64,000 nt of DNA from an uncultured delta proteobacterium (lineage in GTDB: Bacteria; Desulfobacterota; Binatia; UBA9968): the NCBI GenBank assembly GCA_963737905.1, contig CAVTUQ010000025.1, positions 64,001-128,000 on the forward strand. The letters run 5' to 3'. The position numbers and the translations under genes were made by a program. Numbering within the stretch: the stretch's first letter is position 1; the number at the start of each line of letters is the position of its first letter. This document shows, one piece after another, positions 1-7,849 of this stretch. The notes beneath the pieces are model-generated. The model was given only the letters and a program-made list of their open reading frames with translations, searched no databases and was not told the origin of the DNA.

Positions 1-124
1 AGCGGCACTCGAGTTTGCCCTCCGACTCGAGCTTCTTGCCGTACTTGGACTGATCCATTACCGCTGCCATCATCTGCGGGCTGATTCGGCTCACTTCCAA
101 ATGCCAGAGCACTAGAAACTTCAT
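1..124 (-). CDS. 5' part of a small protein (muconolactone-isomerase/DUF3303-like), runs off the window edge
   Basis: ATG at 124, 3 bp after the hypC stop; my translation is MKFLVLWHLEVSRISPQMMAAVMDQSKYGKKLESEGKLECR. It does not match a HypD N-terminus. The family call is tentative. Confidence 0.5.
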   Translation of the reverse strand, partial: MKFLVLWHLEVSRISPQMMAAVMDQSKYGKKLESEGKLECR

Positions 125-127
125 GGC

Positions 128-421
128 TCATTCTTTATCTTTGGATTCGCTGTCATCATTGTCTTCGTCCCACGCCGCTATTTCGTTGGTAAAGGCCTCG
201 CCCATCCCCTGAAGGAAAGCCATCGATGCTTTCGCTTCGGCTTCATCCATCTTAGCGATAGCGAAGCCGACGTGGATGAGCACCCAGTCGCCGGGACCGA
301 GCCCTTCGTTTGCCACCAGGCCGACGTTGATCACCCGCTCCACGCCAAAAACGTTAACGCGCGCAACGTCACTCGGCTCCGGCAAAAACTCAATAATTTG
401 TCCCGCGATCCCCAAACACAT
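128..421 (-). CDS. hypC: Hydrogenase maturation chaperone HypC/HupF
   Basis: N-terminal MCLGIAG and GDWVLIHVGFAI motif. Confidence 0.95.
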   Translation of the reverse strand: MCLGIAGQIIEFLPEPSDVARVNVFGVERVINVGLVANEGLGPGDWVLIHVGFAIAKMDEAEAKASMAFLQGMGEAFTNEIAAWDEDNDDSESKDKE

Positions 422-424
422 GGC

Positions 425-784
425 TTACGTCGCGTTGGGCCCGCTGGGCCCGGCCTCGTATTGGATGGATTCGAGAATCAGTTCATCGCCCGCGGTGAGA
501 TCGAGATCCGTAGCTCCGCACTTGGGACAGACAGCGATGATCTCGTTGGCCTCGACGACGATCCCACAGCCCGGACAGGTAGCGGATACCGGAATCACCA
601 CGAGCTCCACCGCGGCGTGTTCTGCTTCCGTTCCTTCAGCCGCATGCGCGAAGGCCTGTTGAAACGCTGCTTCGACGACTCGATGGAGCGTGCCGACTCT
701 CACGCGCACTCGCGCTACCGGGCGACCGGCGGCGCGTCGCTGCACAGCCTCGATGATTCCGTCGCACATACCAAATTCATGCAT
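425..784 (-). CDS. hypA: Hydrogenase nickel metallochaperone HypA
   Basis: MHE N-terminus and two CxxC pairs (CPGC, CPKC). Confidence 0.95.
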   Translation of the reverse strand: MHEFGMCDGIIEAVQRRAAGRPVARVRVRVGTLHRVVEAAFQQAFAHAAEGTEAEHAAVELVVIPVSATCPGCGIVVEANEIIAVCPKCGATDLDLTAGDELILESIQYEAGPSGPNAT

Positions 785-1295
785 CTTTCCTCCGTTCCGC
801 GACGACGCGGAATCGAACCTTGACCTCCGGGTAAACCTGCAGCCCTAGAATGCGCGGCGGTGTTATTCCAAACCCGCGCACATCCAAGACGTATTCACCT
901 TCCACGATCAGAGCCCCTTGTCCGTCCAGCGTCGGGGTCACATCGGCATGCAGCCGGCGCGTAATGCCGTGGAAGGTCAGGTCGCCCTGTAAACGATAAC
1001 GGTTGATCTGGCTAAGCGCCTTCGCCTGGACTAATTCGCCGATCACCGTTGGATACTTTTGCGCTTCAATCCGGCGACGCATCTCCATGTCCTGAAGAGC
1101 ATTCCCGGAACGTAATCGTTCCACCGGGAGTTCGATGCGAGCCTTGGGCGCTACGCTGAGATCAATCCGCCCATCGGTCACTTCAAGCTCCGCCTCGCCC
1201 TGAATCCCGGTTCCTTCTCCATGTATGGGATGAAGACTGGAACGAGCCTCGATCCATAGTTGCGACTGCTCCGGAATGACGCGAAATCCCGTCAT
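777..1295 (-). CDS. YceI-family (polyisoprenoid-binding) protein with no signal peptide
   Basis: LRSGNALQD...GDLTFHGITR...DFGI-like (GFGITPP) YceI motifs; overlaps the hypA start. Confidence 0.8.
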   Translation of the reverse strand: MTGFRVIPEQSQLWIEARSSLHPIHGEGTGIQGEAELEVTDGRIDLSVAPKARIELPVERLRSGNALQDMEMRRRIEAQKYPTVIGELVQAKALSQINRYRLQGDLTFHGITRRLHADVTPTLDGQGALIVEGEYVLDVRGFGITPPRILGLQVYPEVKVRFRVVAERRKDA

Positions 1296-1299
1296 CGCA

Positions 1300-1818
1300 T
1301 CACCTGCTCACAGCCTTTCGTTTCGAAACCTCCGTCAGAATTTCCTGGCTCAAACGATCGATAGTGACATAGAGAAGCTTGATGGCATCCTCCACGCCGC
1401 GGGCGACGGGCGCGCTGAGACCGATCCCTTCCTCCGTCTCCAGCGGCTCGCATCCGACGATATATAATCGCCCTCGCATACCTCCGAGTGTCTTAATCGT
1501 TTGGAGGACCACTTGTGGATCCATGCCGTGCGCATCCAGCGACGCAGGTTCTCGTGTATCGACCGTTTCAATATCCGGTTCGATGAGATAGACCGTTCCG
1601 GGTTCTTCCCCGCGCGAAGCGGCATCGACCAAAATCGCCGCATCATAGTCGCCATCGAGCAACTCGTAGGCGAGGTGGACACCGCGGATGCCAAAATCAG
1701 CAACGCGTACCCAGTCGGGAAGCGACTCTGGCGCTAGCCGCTTCACTACCTCCACTCCAAAACCATCGTCCTGGAGGAAGATGTTACCAACGCCTGCAAT
1801 GAGTACTCGCGGGCTCAT
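1300..1818 (-). CDS. Hydrogenase maturation endopeptidase (HyaD/HupD family)
   Basis: GVGNIFLQDDGFGVEV, LVDA and DAHG motifs. Confidence 0.93.
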   Translation of the reverse strand: MSPRVLIAGVGNIFLQDDGFGVEVVKRLAPESLPDWVRVADFGIRGVHLAYELLDGDYDAAILVDAASRGEEPGTVYLIEPDIETVDTREPASLDAHGMDPQVVLQTIKTLGGMRGRLYIVGCEPLETEEGIGLSAPVARGVEDAIKLLYVTIDRLSQEILTEVSKRKAVSR

Positions 1819-1834
1819 AACCTGGTTTCCTGCC

Positions 1835-2116
1835 TCATGCCGCTTTGCGGATCTCGGTTACCGCGGCGATAATTTGACTTAACTGGCCGCCCAGAAGCTC
1901 GCCAATTCGCTCTTTCACCGGACGAGTTTCCCCATCCGCATCAGAACCACTCTGCTGGCCGATGCGGTTGACGAGAGATAGCCCGGCCATCATTAGATTC
2001 TGAAATTCTTCCGTATTGGTGATTGTTTGCCAAGCTCCCTTCAGCTCCTCGAATTTCTCCTGTCCTCCCTTTGCGCCGAGAACATAATCGACCAAAAATC
2101 CGACTATCAAATCCAT
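1835..2116 (-). CDS. Small hypothetical protein in the hydrogenase operon
   Basis: 93-aa ORF co-oriented with the operon, hydrophobic N-terminus, GAGG upstream. Confidence 0.65.
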   Translation of the reverse strand: MDLIVGFLVDYVLGAKGGQEKFEELKGAWQTITNTEEFQNLMMAGLSLVNRIGQQSGSDADGETRPVKERIGELLGGQLSQIIAAVTEIRKAA

Positions 2117-2360
2117 ATGGAAACCCCGCCTCTCTCCGCGTCTTGCGGAACCTGCACTCGTGAAATAAGCACTACATCTTTCTGATCTTCATATAACGAG
2201 CCAAGTCCGGTAAGGTCTGGATCACAAGATAAGCCGCGGCCAACAGCGCCGCCTTGCGTATCAAAGCCCCCATTTTTGTTTCCTCCTTTCCTGAGAGTTT
2301 TCCTAGTCCGGATTGCTCATTGGCAGCGGAAGACCCGCGGGATCAAGTGCGGACATTTTT

Positions 2361-2437
2361 GAGTTCAAGGTTCAAAGTTCAATGTTCAAGGTCTGAAACG
2401 AGTCGAAACGTTGAACCTGGAACACTGAACCTTGAAC
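2361..2437. repeat. Inverted heptamer repeat cluster (GTTCAAR)n...(YTTGAAC)n
   Basis: gttcaaggttcaaagttcaatgttcaagg followed by ttgaacctggaacactgaaccttgaac. Confidence 0.85.
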
Positions 2438-2498
2438 ACCATTCGCCTTCGCTCATTTCCAGCTCACCCCCTAGATCGTTCTGGTCTTCCTTCGCATG

Positions 2499-3869
2499 CT
2501 AGACGCCCGCCAAAGACTCCGCGCGCAGCGGCTCGATTTCATCCGGAGAAAAATAAAGAAATCGTCCGTGCCAGCGATGCAGGTCTGCGGCGAGATCGTC
2601 TGCCAAGGTCACCGCCACGTGGCTATCTCCGTCGACATCGTTGAATACTGCTTCCACTGTCGCAAGCCGCCCCGCGAGAAACATGTCCTGCGCGTCCGCG
2701 CGCCGCTGTCCGGGACAAAGCCGAACACGGCTGCCTTTCGATACCGAGACTCCAGCGATTTGCAGGGAGTCGGTTTCCGGCGAGACCGATGCATCGGCGC
2801 CGGGGTCCCACCACGGAACGTTCTCCGGCTCGCCTGTCGCCTTTTCCGTTGACTTGCGCAAATAGCGCACCGCCCCGTGCAGCCGATCGAGGATCTCGGC
2901 GGGCAAAGTATCAACCCGATCGATGATCGCCGCCGCGTGACTGTCGGTCGCCCGCGCTTCCGCTTTCTCGTCATCCGTCAAAGTCATCGTACGCAGGGCA
3001 AGAATCTCATCGATCTCAGTTGCGTCAAACAAATCTCCAGGGCTTTCCGGCGCGACCTGCGGGTAGTCATAGAGAATAATCGGCGATGACAGTATGACGT
3101 CGCGATCTCCTTCGTCGCCGACTAGAACCGGCCAGGTATGGAGGTTCACGCACGAGGCAACGGCTTGACGTGCCCACTCCGGCGGGTCGAGAAGAGATAT
3201 GAACGCCCCATCCCGCACAGCCAGCAGCGTATGGGCCCCGACGAGGGCGTGACGAAGGGCTCGAGTGCGCTTCGTTTTTTCGTCTTCTGCACACGGGCTC
3301 AAGTTCTCGATCCGAAGCCGAATCTTGATCAGACTCCCCATCGGCTCGCCGGTCACGCGAATGACTCCCGTTATCGGCAATCGATCGCGAATGATCCGTC
3401 CCTTGATTTCTCCACCCGCATCACGGATAAGCTCGATTTCTCGTCCCGTCGGTACCTCGACCGGAAACGCTCGTTCGGCAACGAGCAGCTCCGTGATGTT
3501 GACTCCTGGATAGTCCAGCTCACACTTGACTCCCTCGTCCCACGATACAAGCTGCCGCCCATTGAATTCGAAAGACTCCACCGGCCAATAAATACCCTGC
3601 TCCGCATTCACTGCCTTCTCCACAATTCGGGCCTGCACTTGGAGAAATCGGAGCCTCAGATCGAGAACGGGCGCGTCGCCCGGCTCGATGAGGCACTCGG
3701 TCTGCATCGTCCATGGCTCGGAGCCACCGTCCTCGCTATACCCACGGGGCATCACGACTCCGAACTGCCAGCGCACCTGATTTTTTATTGCGCTGGCGCG
3801 GTAGGGATAAAGCAAATAGCCTTCGTAAAGCACCGCGTCGGCGACTTTTTGCGCCATTTCGAATTTCAT
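2499..3869 (-). CDS. hhaC: Group 1h hydrogenase-associated conserved protein (HhaC-like)
   Basis: ADAVLYEGYLLYPYR...RWQFG, SSPIILYDYP.VAPESPGDLFDATEIDEIL; synteny with actinobacterial hhy clusters. Confidence 0.8.
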   Translation of the reverse strand: MKFEMAQKVADAVLYEGYLLYPYRASAIKNQVRWQFGVVMPRGYSEDGGSEPWTMQTECLIEPGDAPVLDLRLRFLQVQARIVEKAVNAEQGIYWPVESFEFNGRQLVSWDEGVKCELDYPGVNITELLVAERAFPVEVPTGREIELIRDAGGEIKGRIIRDRLPITGVIRVTGEPMGSLIKIRLRIENLSPCAEDEKTKRTRALRHALVGAHTLLAVRDGAFISLLDPPEWARQAVASCVNLHTWPVLVGDEGDRDVILSSPIILYDYPQVAPESPGDLFDATEIDEILALRTMTLTDDEKAEARATDSHAAAIIDRVDTLPAEILDRLHGAVRYLRKSTEKATGEPENVPWWDPGADASVSPETDSLQIAGVSVSKGSRVRLCPGQRRADAQDMFLAGRLATVEAVFNDVDGDSHVAVTLADDLAADLHRWHGRFLYFSPDEIEPLRAESLAGV

Positions 3870-4510
3870 CTTTCTGCCCTCTCGTCGAAGCTGCTGAGCA
3901 GCGCCTCAACGGCATCGTCCCAGGTGGGCAGCGCTTGGCGGCCCTTGAATCGATACAGCGCATCGAAACTCTCGCGTCTGAGCCGGATCCAGGCGCTACC
4001 GGGGAAATAACGGTCCATAAGCTCGCGCCACAGTCGAACCGGAAGCCGGTAGGCAGCCTCCTTTTCCCAGGGTATTTGCTCGACGCTGAAGCCAAGCTGC
4101 CCTCGAGTGAAAATCGTCCCGCTGAAAAGAAAAAGCAGTGGCACCTCGCCCTCTTCAAGGGACTCCAGATATTTGGCCGCCACGACCTCGAAATCGTAAG
4201 TGCAAGTAATCGGTAGATCGATCACGGTCGTGCCTTGAAATCCCGGCACCATCAGTGTGGCGTGGGTCCACAACAGAGTTTTCAGCGTATCCCTCCAACG
4301 ATCGGGCTCGCCGAAGAGTTCCAGGAGCTGGCTTTCCTCACCGGACGAATAATGGCGTCGTCTTGGCTCAACTTGGATCTGACAGCGCAGCGCAACGGCA
4401 TGAATCTGTTCACCGGTCCCTTCGGCAATCTGCAACCGAAAAACTAAGGTCGGCACGACGGCATAAGGTTCAATCCGGGCATCGATAACGGTAAATGCAA
4501 GTTTGCTCAT
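3866..4510 (-). CDS. hhaB: DUF6084-family group 1h hydrogenase-associated protein (HhaB-like)
   Basis: LRCQIQVEPRRRHY, LFGEPDRW, CTYDFEVVAAKY; 4-bp overlaps with both neighbours. Confidence 0.8.
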   Translation of the reverse strand: MSKLAFTVIDARIEPYAVVPTLVFRLQIAEGTGEQIHAVALRCQIQVEPRRRHYSSGEESQLLELFGEPDRWRDTLKTLLWTHATLMVPGFQGTTVIDLPITCTYDFEVVAAKYLESLEEGEVPLLFLFSGTIFTRGQLGFSVEQIPWEKEAAYRLPVRLWRELMDRYFPGSAWIRLRRESFDALYRFKGRQALPTWDDAVEALLSSFDERAER

Positions 4511-5184
4511 CCGGCGTTAACCGCCTCGGTGTGAACTTCTGTGCTCCGTCCGCGTACATCCGCAAAAAATGCGTCGATTTCCTGCCACGCCTCTTCGCCG
4601 CCGTCGAATCCTTTCCACCGCCGTCGAATGCGTCCCACCAGCTCGTAACAAGCGTCGATGGGAACGATGTAGCATTCGAACTCTCCCCGCCTCTGGACGT
4701 TTCGCACCAGCAGCGCCTCCACGTCGGTAGCGAGGGTTGCGAGCAATGGATTCGTTCTGGCCAATTCATCCCAGGTCTCCAGGGAAAGCAGCGACTCCGT
4801 CGCCCCCACCGGACTCGGATAAAAAACCACCATGCGACCCAGCGATGTGTTGAAGAAGAAAAACGCGATACCGACCGGAATTTGCAACTGGCTCCATTGC
4901 GCATCGGTGAGGATCAAACCCGGGGCATAGAGATAGCGTTCGGGCACCGCCCTATACTTGCCTCTCGCCGCCCCTTCATGAGCGAACAGAAGATAACAGG
5001 GACGGCACACGCACATGAGAACCCGGGTCTCGGTATTGACCGCGTGGGAGTGCTTCTCGGCGATTTCTGCGCCGCAGAACTCGCAATCTTCCCTGGACCG
5101 CGGTTTCGGTTGCGGTTCGACGAAGCGTTTAAGCTTCGCGAAAGGCTGCTTAGTTTGCTCGGTCACAGAAATCTTCCGGTTCAA
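4507..5184 (-). CDS. hhaA: DUF5947-family group 1h hydrogenase-associated protein (HhaA-like); true start may be GTG at 5166
   Basis: CEFC...H.H...CVCRPCYLLF, YPSPVGATES, PIDACYELVG...WKGFDGG. Confidence 0.8.
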   Translation of the reverse strand: MNRKISVTEQTKQPFAKLKRFVEPQPKPRSREDCEFCGAEIAEKHSHAVNTETRVLMCVCRPCYLLFAHEGAARGKYRAVPERYLYAPGLILTDAQWSQLQIPVGIAFFFFNTSLGRMVVFYPSPVGATESLLSLETWDELARTNPLLATLATDVEALLVRNVQRRGEFECYIVPIDACYELVGRIRRRWKGFDGGEEAWQEIDAFFADVRGRSTEVHTEAVNAG

Positions 5185-5252
5185 AGTTCAAAGTTCAAGG
5201 TTCAAAGTCTGAATGGCCCCGATCCTTGAACCTTGAACGTGGAACCTTGAAC
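5179..5252. repeat. Inverted heptamer repeat cluster
   Basis: (gttcaaa/g)x4 ... (cttgaac-like)x4 between hhyE and hhaA. Confidence 0.85.
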
Positions 5253-5263
5253 TGTCGTTTCGA

Positions 5264-6148
5264 CTATCCCGTCGCGACCGCGATCTTCATGCCATCCTTC
5301 TCTATGAGCAGAGGCAATGGCGCCAGATGAAGCTCGCCCATGTCCAAACATTGCCCGGCAGTGCGCAAATCGTAACGCCGCGCGCAGGAGGAGCAGGTTA
5401 GTTGGTTCTCCTCGAGAGCGCTTCCGCCTAGCGTCGAGCCACAGGACGGGCAGGAGTCCTGATAGGCGTAGAAGGTCTCGCCGATCTTGCACAAAAGAAT
5501 GCTCATCCCTGCCAATTTTGTGAGAGCGAGATTTCCCGGAGTGAACTCAGGCAGCGTGTCGAGCGCTATCCACTGTCCCGAACTAATTTCGAGATCTTGC
5601 GTGGCTGTTGGGTTGCTCTTCGGGAAAGCGCCGTTTCCGTTCGAAGCGATAGTTGTGGATGGACTCGATCCCTCGACCTCAATGCGTACGACTTCGGGTG
5701 CCGCCTCTTCGATTGCCTTCTCGATCGCCAGTTTCATGGTGATCGTCGATGAAGGGCAACCGTCGCAGCTTCCTTCGAGGCGCAAGCGAACTATGCCCTC
5801 GTTTACACCGAGGAGCTTGACGTCGCCGCCATGGGAACCGAGGTAGGGGCGCACACGATCAAGAGCACGCGCGATTCGCGTTTCAACATTGAGTGGATGC
5901 AACCCATGAAGAACCAGCAGGCTCGCCACGAGATCGTCTGCCGCGAGCCGGTCAAATATTTTATCCGTCGACTCCGTGTCATCGACGATCTCCAGGATGC
6001 GGGCCAACGCGAAGCCATATAACTCCATCAACAGCCGGACCAACTCTTCAGCCTTCGCACGAACGCGGGGATCGGCAACGGTTCCGAGTTCCTGGAGCAG
6101 GCTCTCGATGCGGTCGCCCGCCGCGCGGAGATCTTTTTCCTGTGACAT
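5264..6148 (-). CDS. hhyE: NifU-like plus Rieske-like FeS protein (HhyE)
   Basis: VRPYLGSHGGDV...GSCDGCPSS NifU domain; C-terminal CPSC...CSSC Rieske-like domain. Confidence 0.85.
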   Translation of the reverse strand: MSQEKDLRAAGDRIESLLQELGTVADPRVRAKAEELVRLLMELYGFALARILEIVDDTESTDKIFDRLAADDLVASLLVLHGLHPLNVETRIARALDRVRPYLGSHGGDVKLLGVNEGIVRLRLEGSCDGCPSSTITMKLAIEKAIEEAAPEVVRIEVEGSSPSTTIASNGNGAFPKSNPTATQDLEISSGQWIALDTLPEFTPGNLALTKLAGMSILLCKIGETFYAYQDSCPSCGSTLGGSALEENQLTCSSCARRYDLRTAGQCLDMGELHLAPLPLLIEKDGMKIAVATG

Positions 6149-6174
6149 GAGAAGCTTCTTGCCGCTGAGTCGCT

Positions 6175-6210
6175 GCCCCTATCCTCACCTTCCCCCGAGG
6201 CGGGGGAAGG
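6175..6210. repeat. REP-like GC-rich hairpin, left partner of an inverted pair
   Basis: cccctatcctcaccttcccccgaggcgggggaagg; approximate reverse complement at 7809-7845. Confidence 0.7.
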
Positions 6211-6296
6211 AACCGGAAAAAGACAGAGCTAAGTTTCGGTTCTTACCTTCGAATTTTCCGAACTTGGCGCCCTTTGCGCCTCTTATGAAAATACAG

Positions 6297-7532
6297 TCAC
6301 GCAGCCATCTGCAATTTCTCCAAGCTGATTTCATAGCCGAGTTTTTGTAGCCGGGTCACGCAGCGTTTGGTGACAGCCTGACGGTCGCGTTCATCAAAGT
6401 AGTTCGCACCCAGATCCGAATAGGGCTGTTTGCGCGTGAGCAGATGATAAGCGATCACCAAAATCGAATGGCCGACCGCCACCTGAGCTTTCTTCTTGCC
6501 GCGCCGAGCACCGATGCGGTGATACTGGGAGCTCAAATATTTATTCTTGGTGTGCGCGGCCCCATGCGCGGCTTCCACCAGGCAGTGACGCAACCACGGG
6601 CTGCCTTTACGCGTGCGCCCGGTGCGACGCTTACCTGCCGACTCGTTGTTCCCAGGGCACATACCCGCCCACGATGCCAGATGCCGGGCGCTCGCAAAGC
6701 GGCTCATGTCACCACCGGTTTCCGCCCACAACACCTCGGCCGTGCGCTGGCTTACTCCGGGAATGGTATCGAGCCAGGCGATCTCTTGCTCAAAAGGGCG
6801 CAGTCTCGCCTCGATTTCACCGCTGAGCCGTTCGATCGCTCCTTCCAGATAGTCGATCTGCGCCAGATGCTCGGCGATCAGAAAGCTCTGATGGGGCTGC
6901 AGCCGACCCGAGAGCGCCTCTACCAGTTGCGCACGCTTCTCTTTGAGCCGGCCCTTGGCCAAGCTGGCCAGCTCTTGGGTGTCTCTTTGTCCCGCCACCA
7001 GCGCCTCCAGCATCAGTCGCGCCGAGACCCCGTCGATGTCGCTGACCACGTTCGACAACTTGATATTGGCCGCCTCCAGCACCTTCTGAAGTCGGTTGAG
7101 GGTGCGGGCGCGGTCGCGCACCAAGGAGCTCCGATACCGCGTCAACTCGCGCAATTCACGGACATCGGCGGGTGGTACAAAACTACCTCGCAGCAATCCG
7201 TGCGCGAGCAACTCCGCTATCCACTCGGCATCGCGAACATCGGTCTTGCGACCGGGCACCGCTTTGAGATGCTGCGCGTTGACCACCAGCAACTCAAATT
7301 GCCCTTCCAGAATGTTATAGACCGGCTTCCAATAAACCCCCGTCGATTCCATCGCCACGTGCGTGCACCCTTCCTGCGCCAGCCAATCCGCCAGCCCCAG
7401 CAGATCCTTGGTCATCGTCCCAAACTGTCGAATCTCTCTTTCCCAAGCACTACCCAACCACTTCAGCCGACACGCCGTGATACTTCGCTTGTGAACGTCC
7501 AACCCACAACAGCGTTGGTAAATCACTTGCAT
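6297..7532 (-). CDS. IS110-family DEDD recombinase/transposase
   Basis: GLDVHK, MESTGVYW, KTDVRDA, GMCPGNNESAG (catalytic Ser region); intact 411 aa. Confidence 0.97.
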   Translation of the reverse strand: MQVIYQRCCGLDVHKRSITACRLKWLGSAWEREIRQFGTMTKDLLGLADWLAQEGCTHVAMESTGVYWKPVYNILEGQFELLVVNAQHLKAVPGRKTDVRDAEWIAELLAHGLLRGSFVPPADVRELRELTRYRSSLVRDRARTLNRLQKVLEAANIKLSNVVSDIDGVSARLMLEALVAGQRDTQELASLAKGRLKEKRAQLVEALSGRLQPHQSFLIAEHLAQIDYLEGAIERLSGEIEARLRPFEQEIAWLDTIPGVSQRTAEVLWAETGGDMSRFASARHLASWAGMCPGNNESAGKRRTGRTRKGSPWLRHCLVEAAHGAAHTKNKYLSSQYHRIGARRGKKKAQVAVGHSILVIAYHLLTRKQPYSDLGANYFDERDRQAVTKRCVTRLQKLGYEISLEKLQMAA

Positions 7533-7544
7533 TGCCTCACCCCC

Positions 7545-7770
7545 TATCGAAAGCTAATTTCCCAAGACCAAAGGAGCACTCGTCTTGAAAAGATTCTCTT
7601 ATGCGTGCTTCCCTATACTGGGAGCAACAGACCGTGTTTCCTTAGAATGCTCGGGTCCTACTTTGCCCAGGCTCTTGGCGCTAGACGCAAATCGACCGCC
7701 GGTCATTGGCCTTCGGCAATGCGACGCTACCATTTTCATCCGCCGTGTTGTACCGATTGGTACATGAATT
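7545..7770 (-). ncRNA. Putative IS110 bridge RNA
   Basis: About 240-nt non-coding end containing target-matching segments (7683-7691, 7661-7666) and a donor-matching segment (7596-7603); boundaries approximate. Confidence 0.7.
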
Positions 7771-7808
7771 ACTTTGCGCGAGATATCTTCTTTCCGCTCC
7801 CTTGTTTT

Positions 7809-7845
7809 CTCCTCCCCGCCTCGGGGGAGGATTGCGGTGGGGGCG
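7809..7845. repeat. REP-like GC-rich hairpin, right partner of the inverted pair
   Basis: ctcctccccgcctcgggggaggattgcggtgggggcg. Confidence 0.7.
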
Positions 7846-7849
7846 TTCC

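Larger units (their letters stand above)
6280..7773 (-). mobile_element. IS110-family element (IS110 group, long non-coding end upstream of the recombinase) with a CT core at both junctions
   Basis: Junctions ...tttgcgc[CT]cttatg (6280-81) and ...tgaatta[CT]ttgcgcgag (7772-73). Removing the element restores a repeat also present at 25901-25930. No terminal inverted repeats or target duplication. Confidence 0.85.

Noticed and set aside
1-124. hypD expected after hypC
   Set aside because: The translation does not resemble a HypD N-terminus
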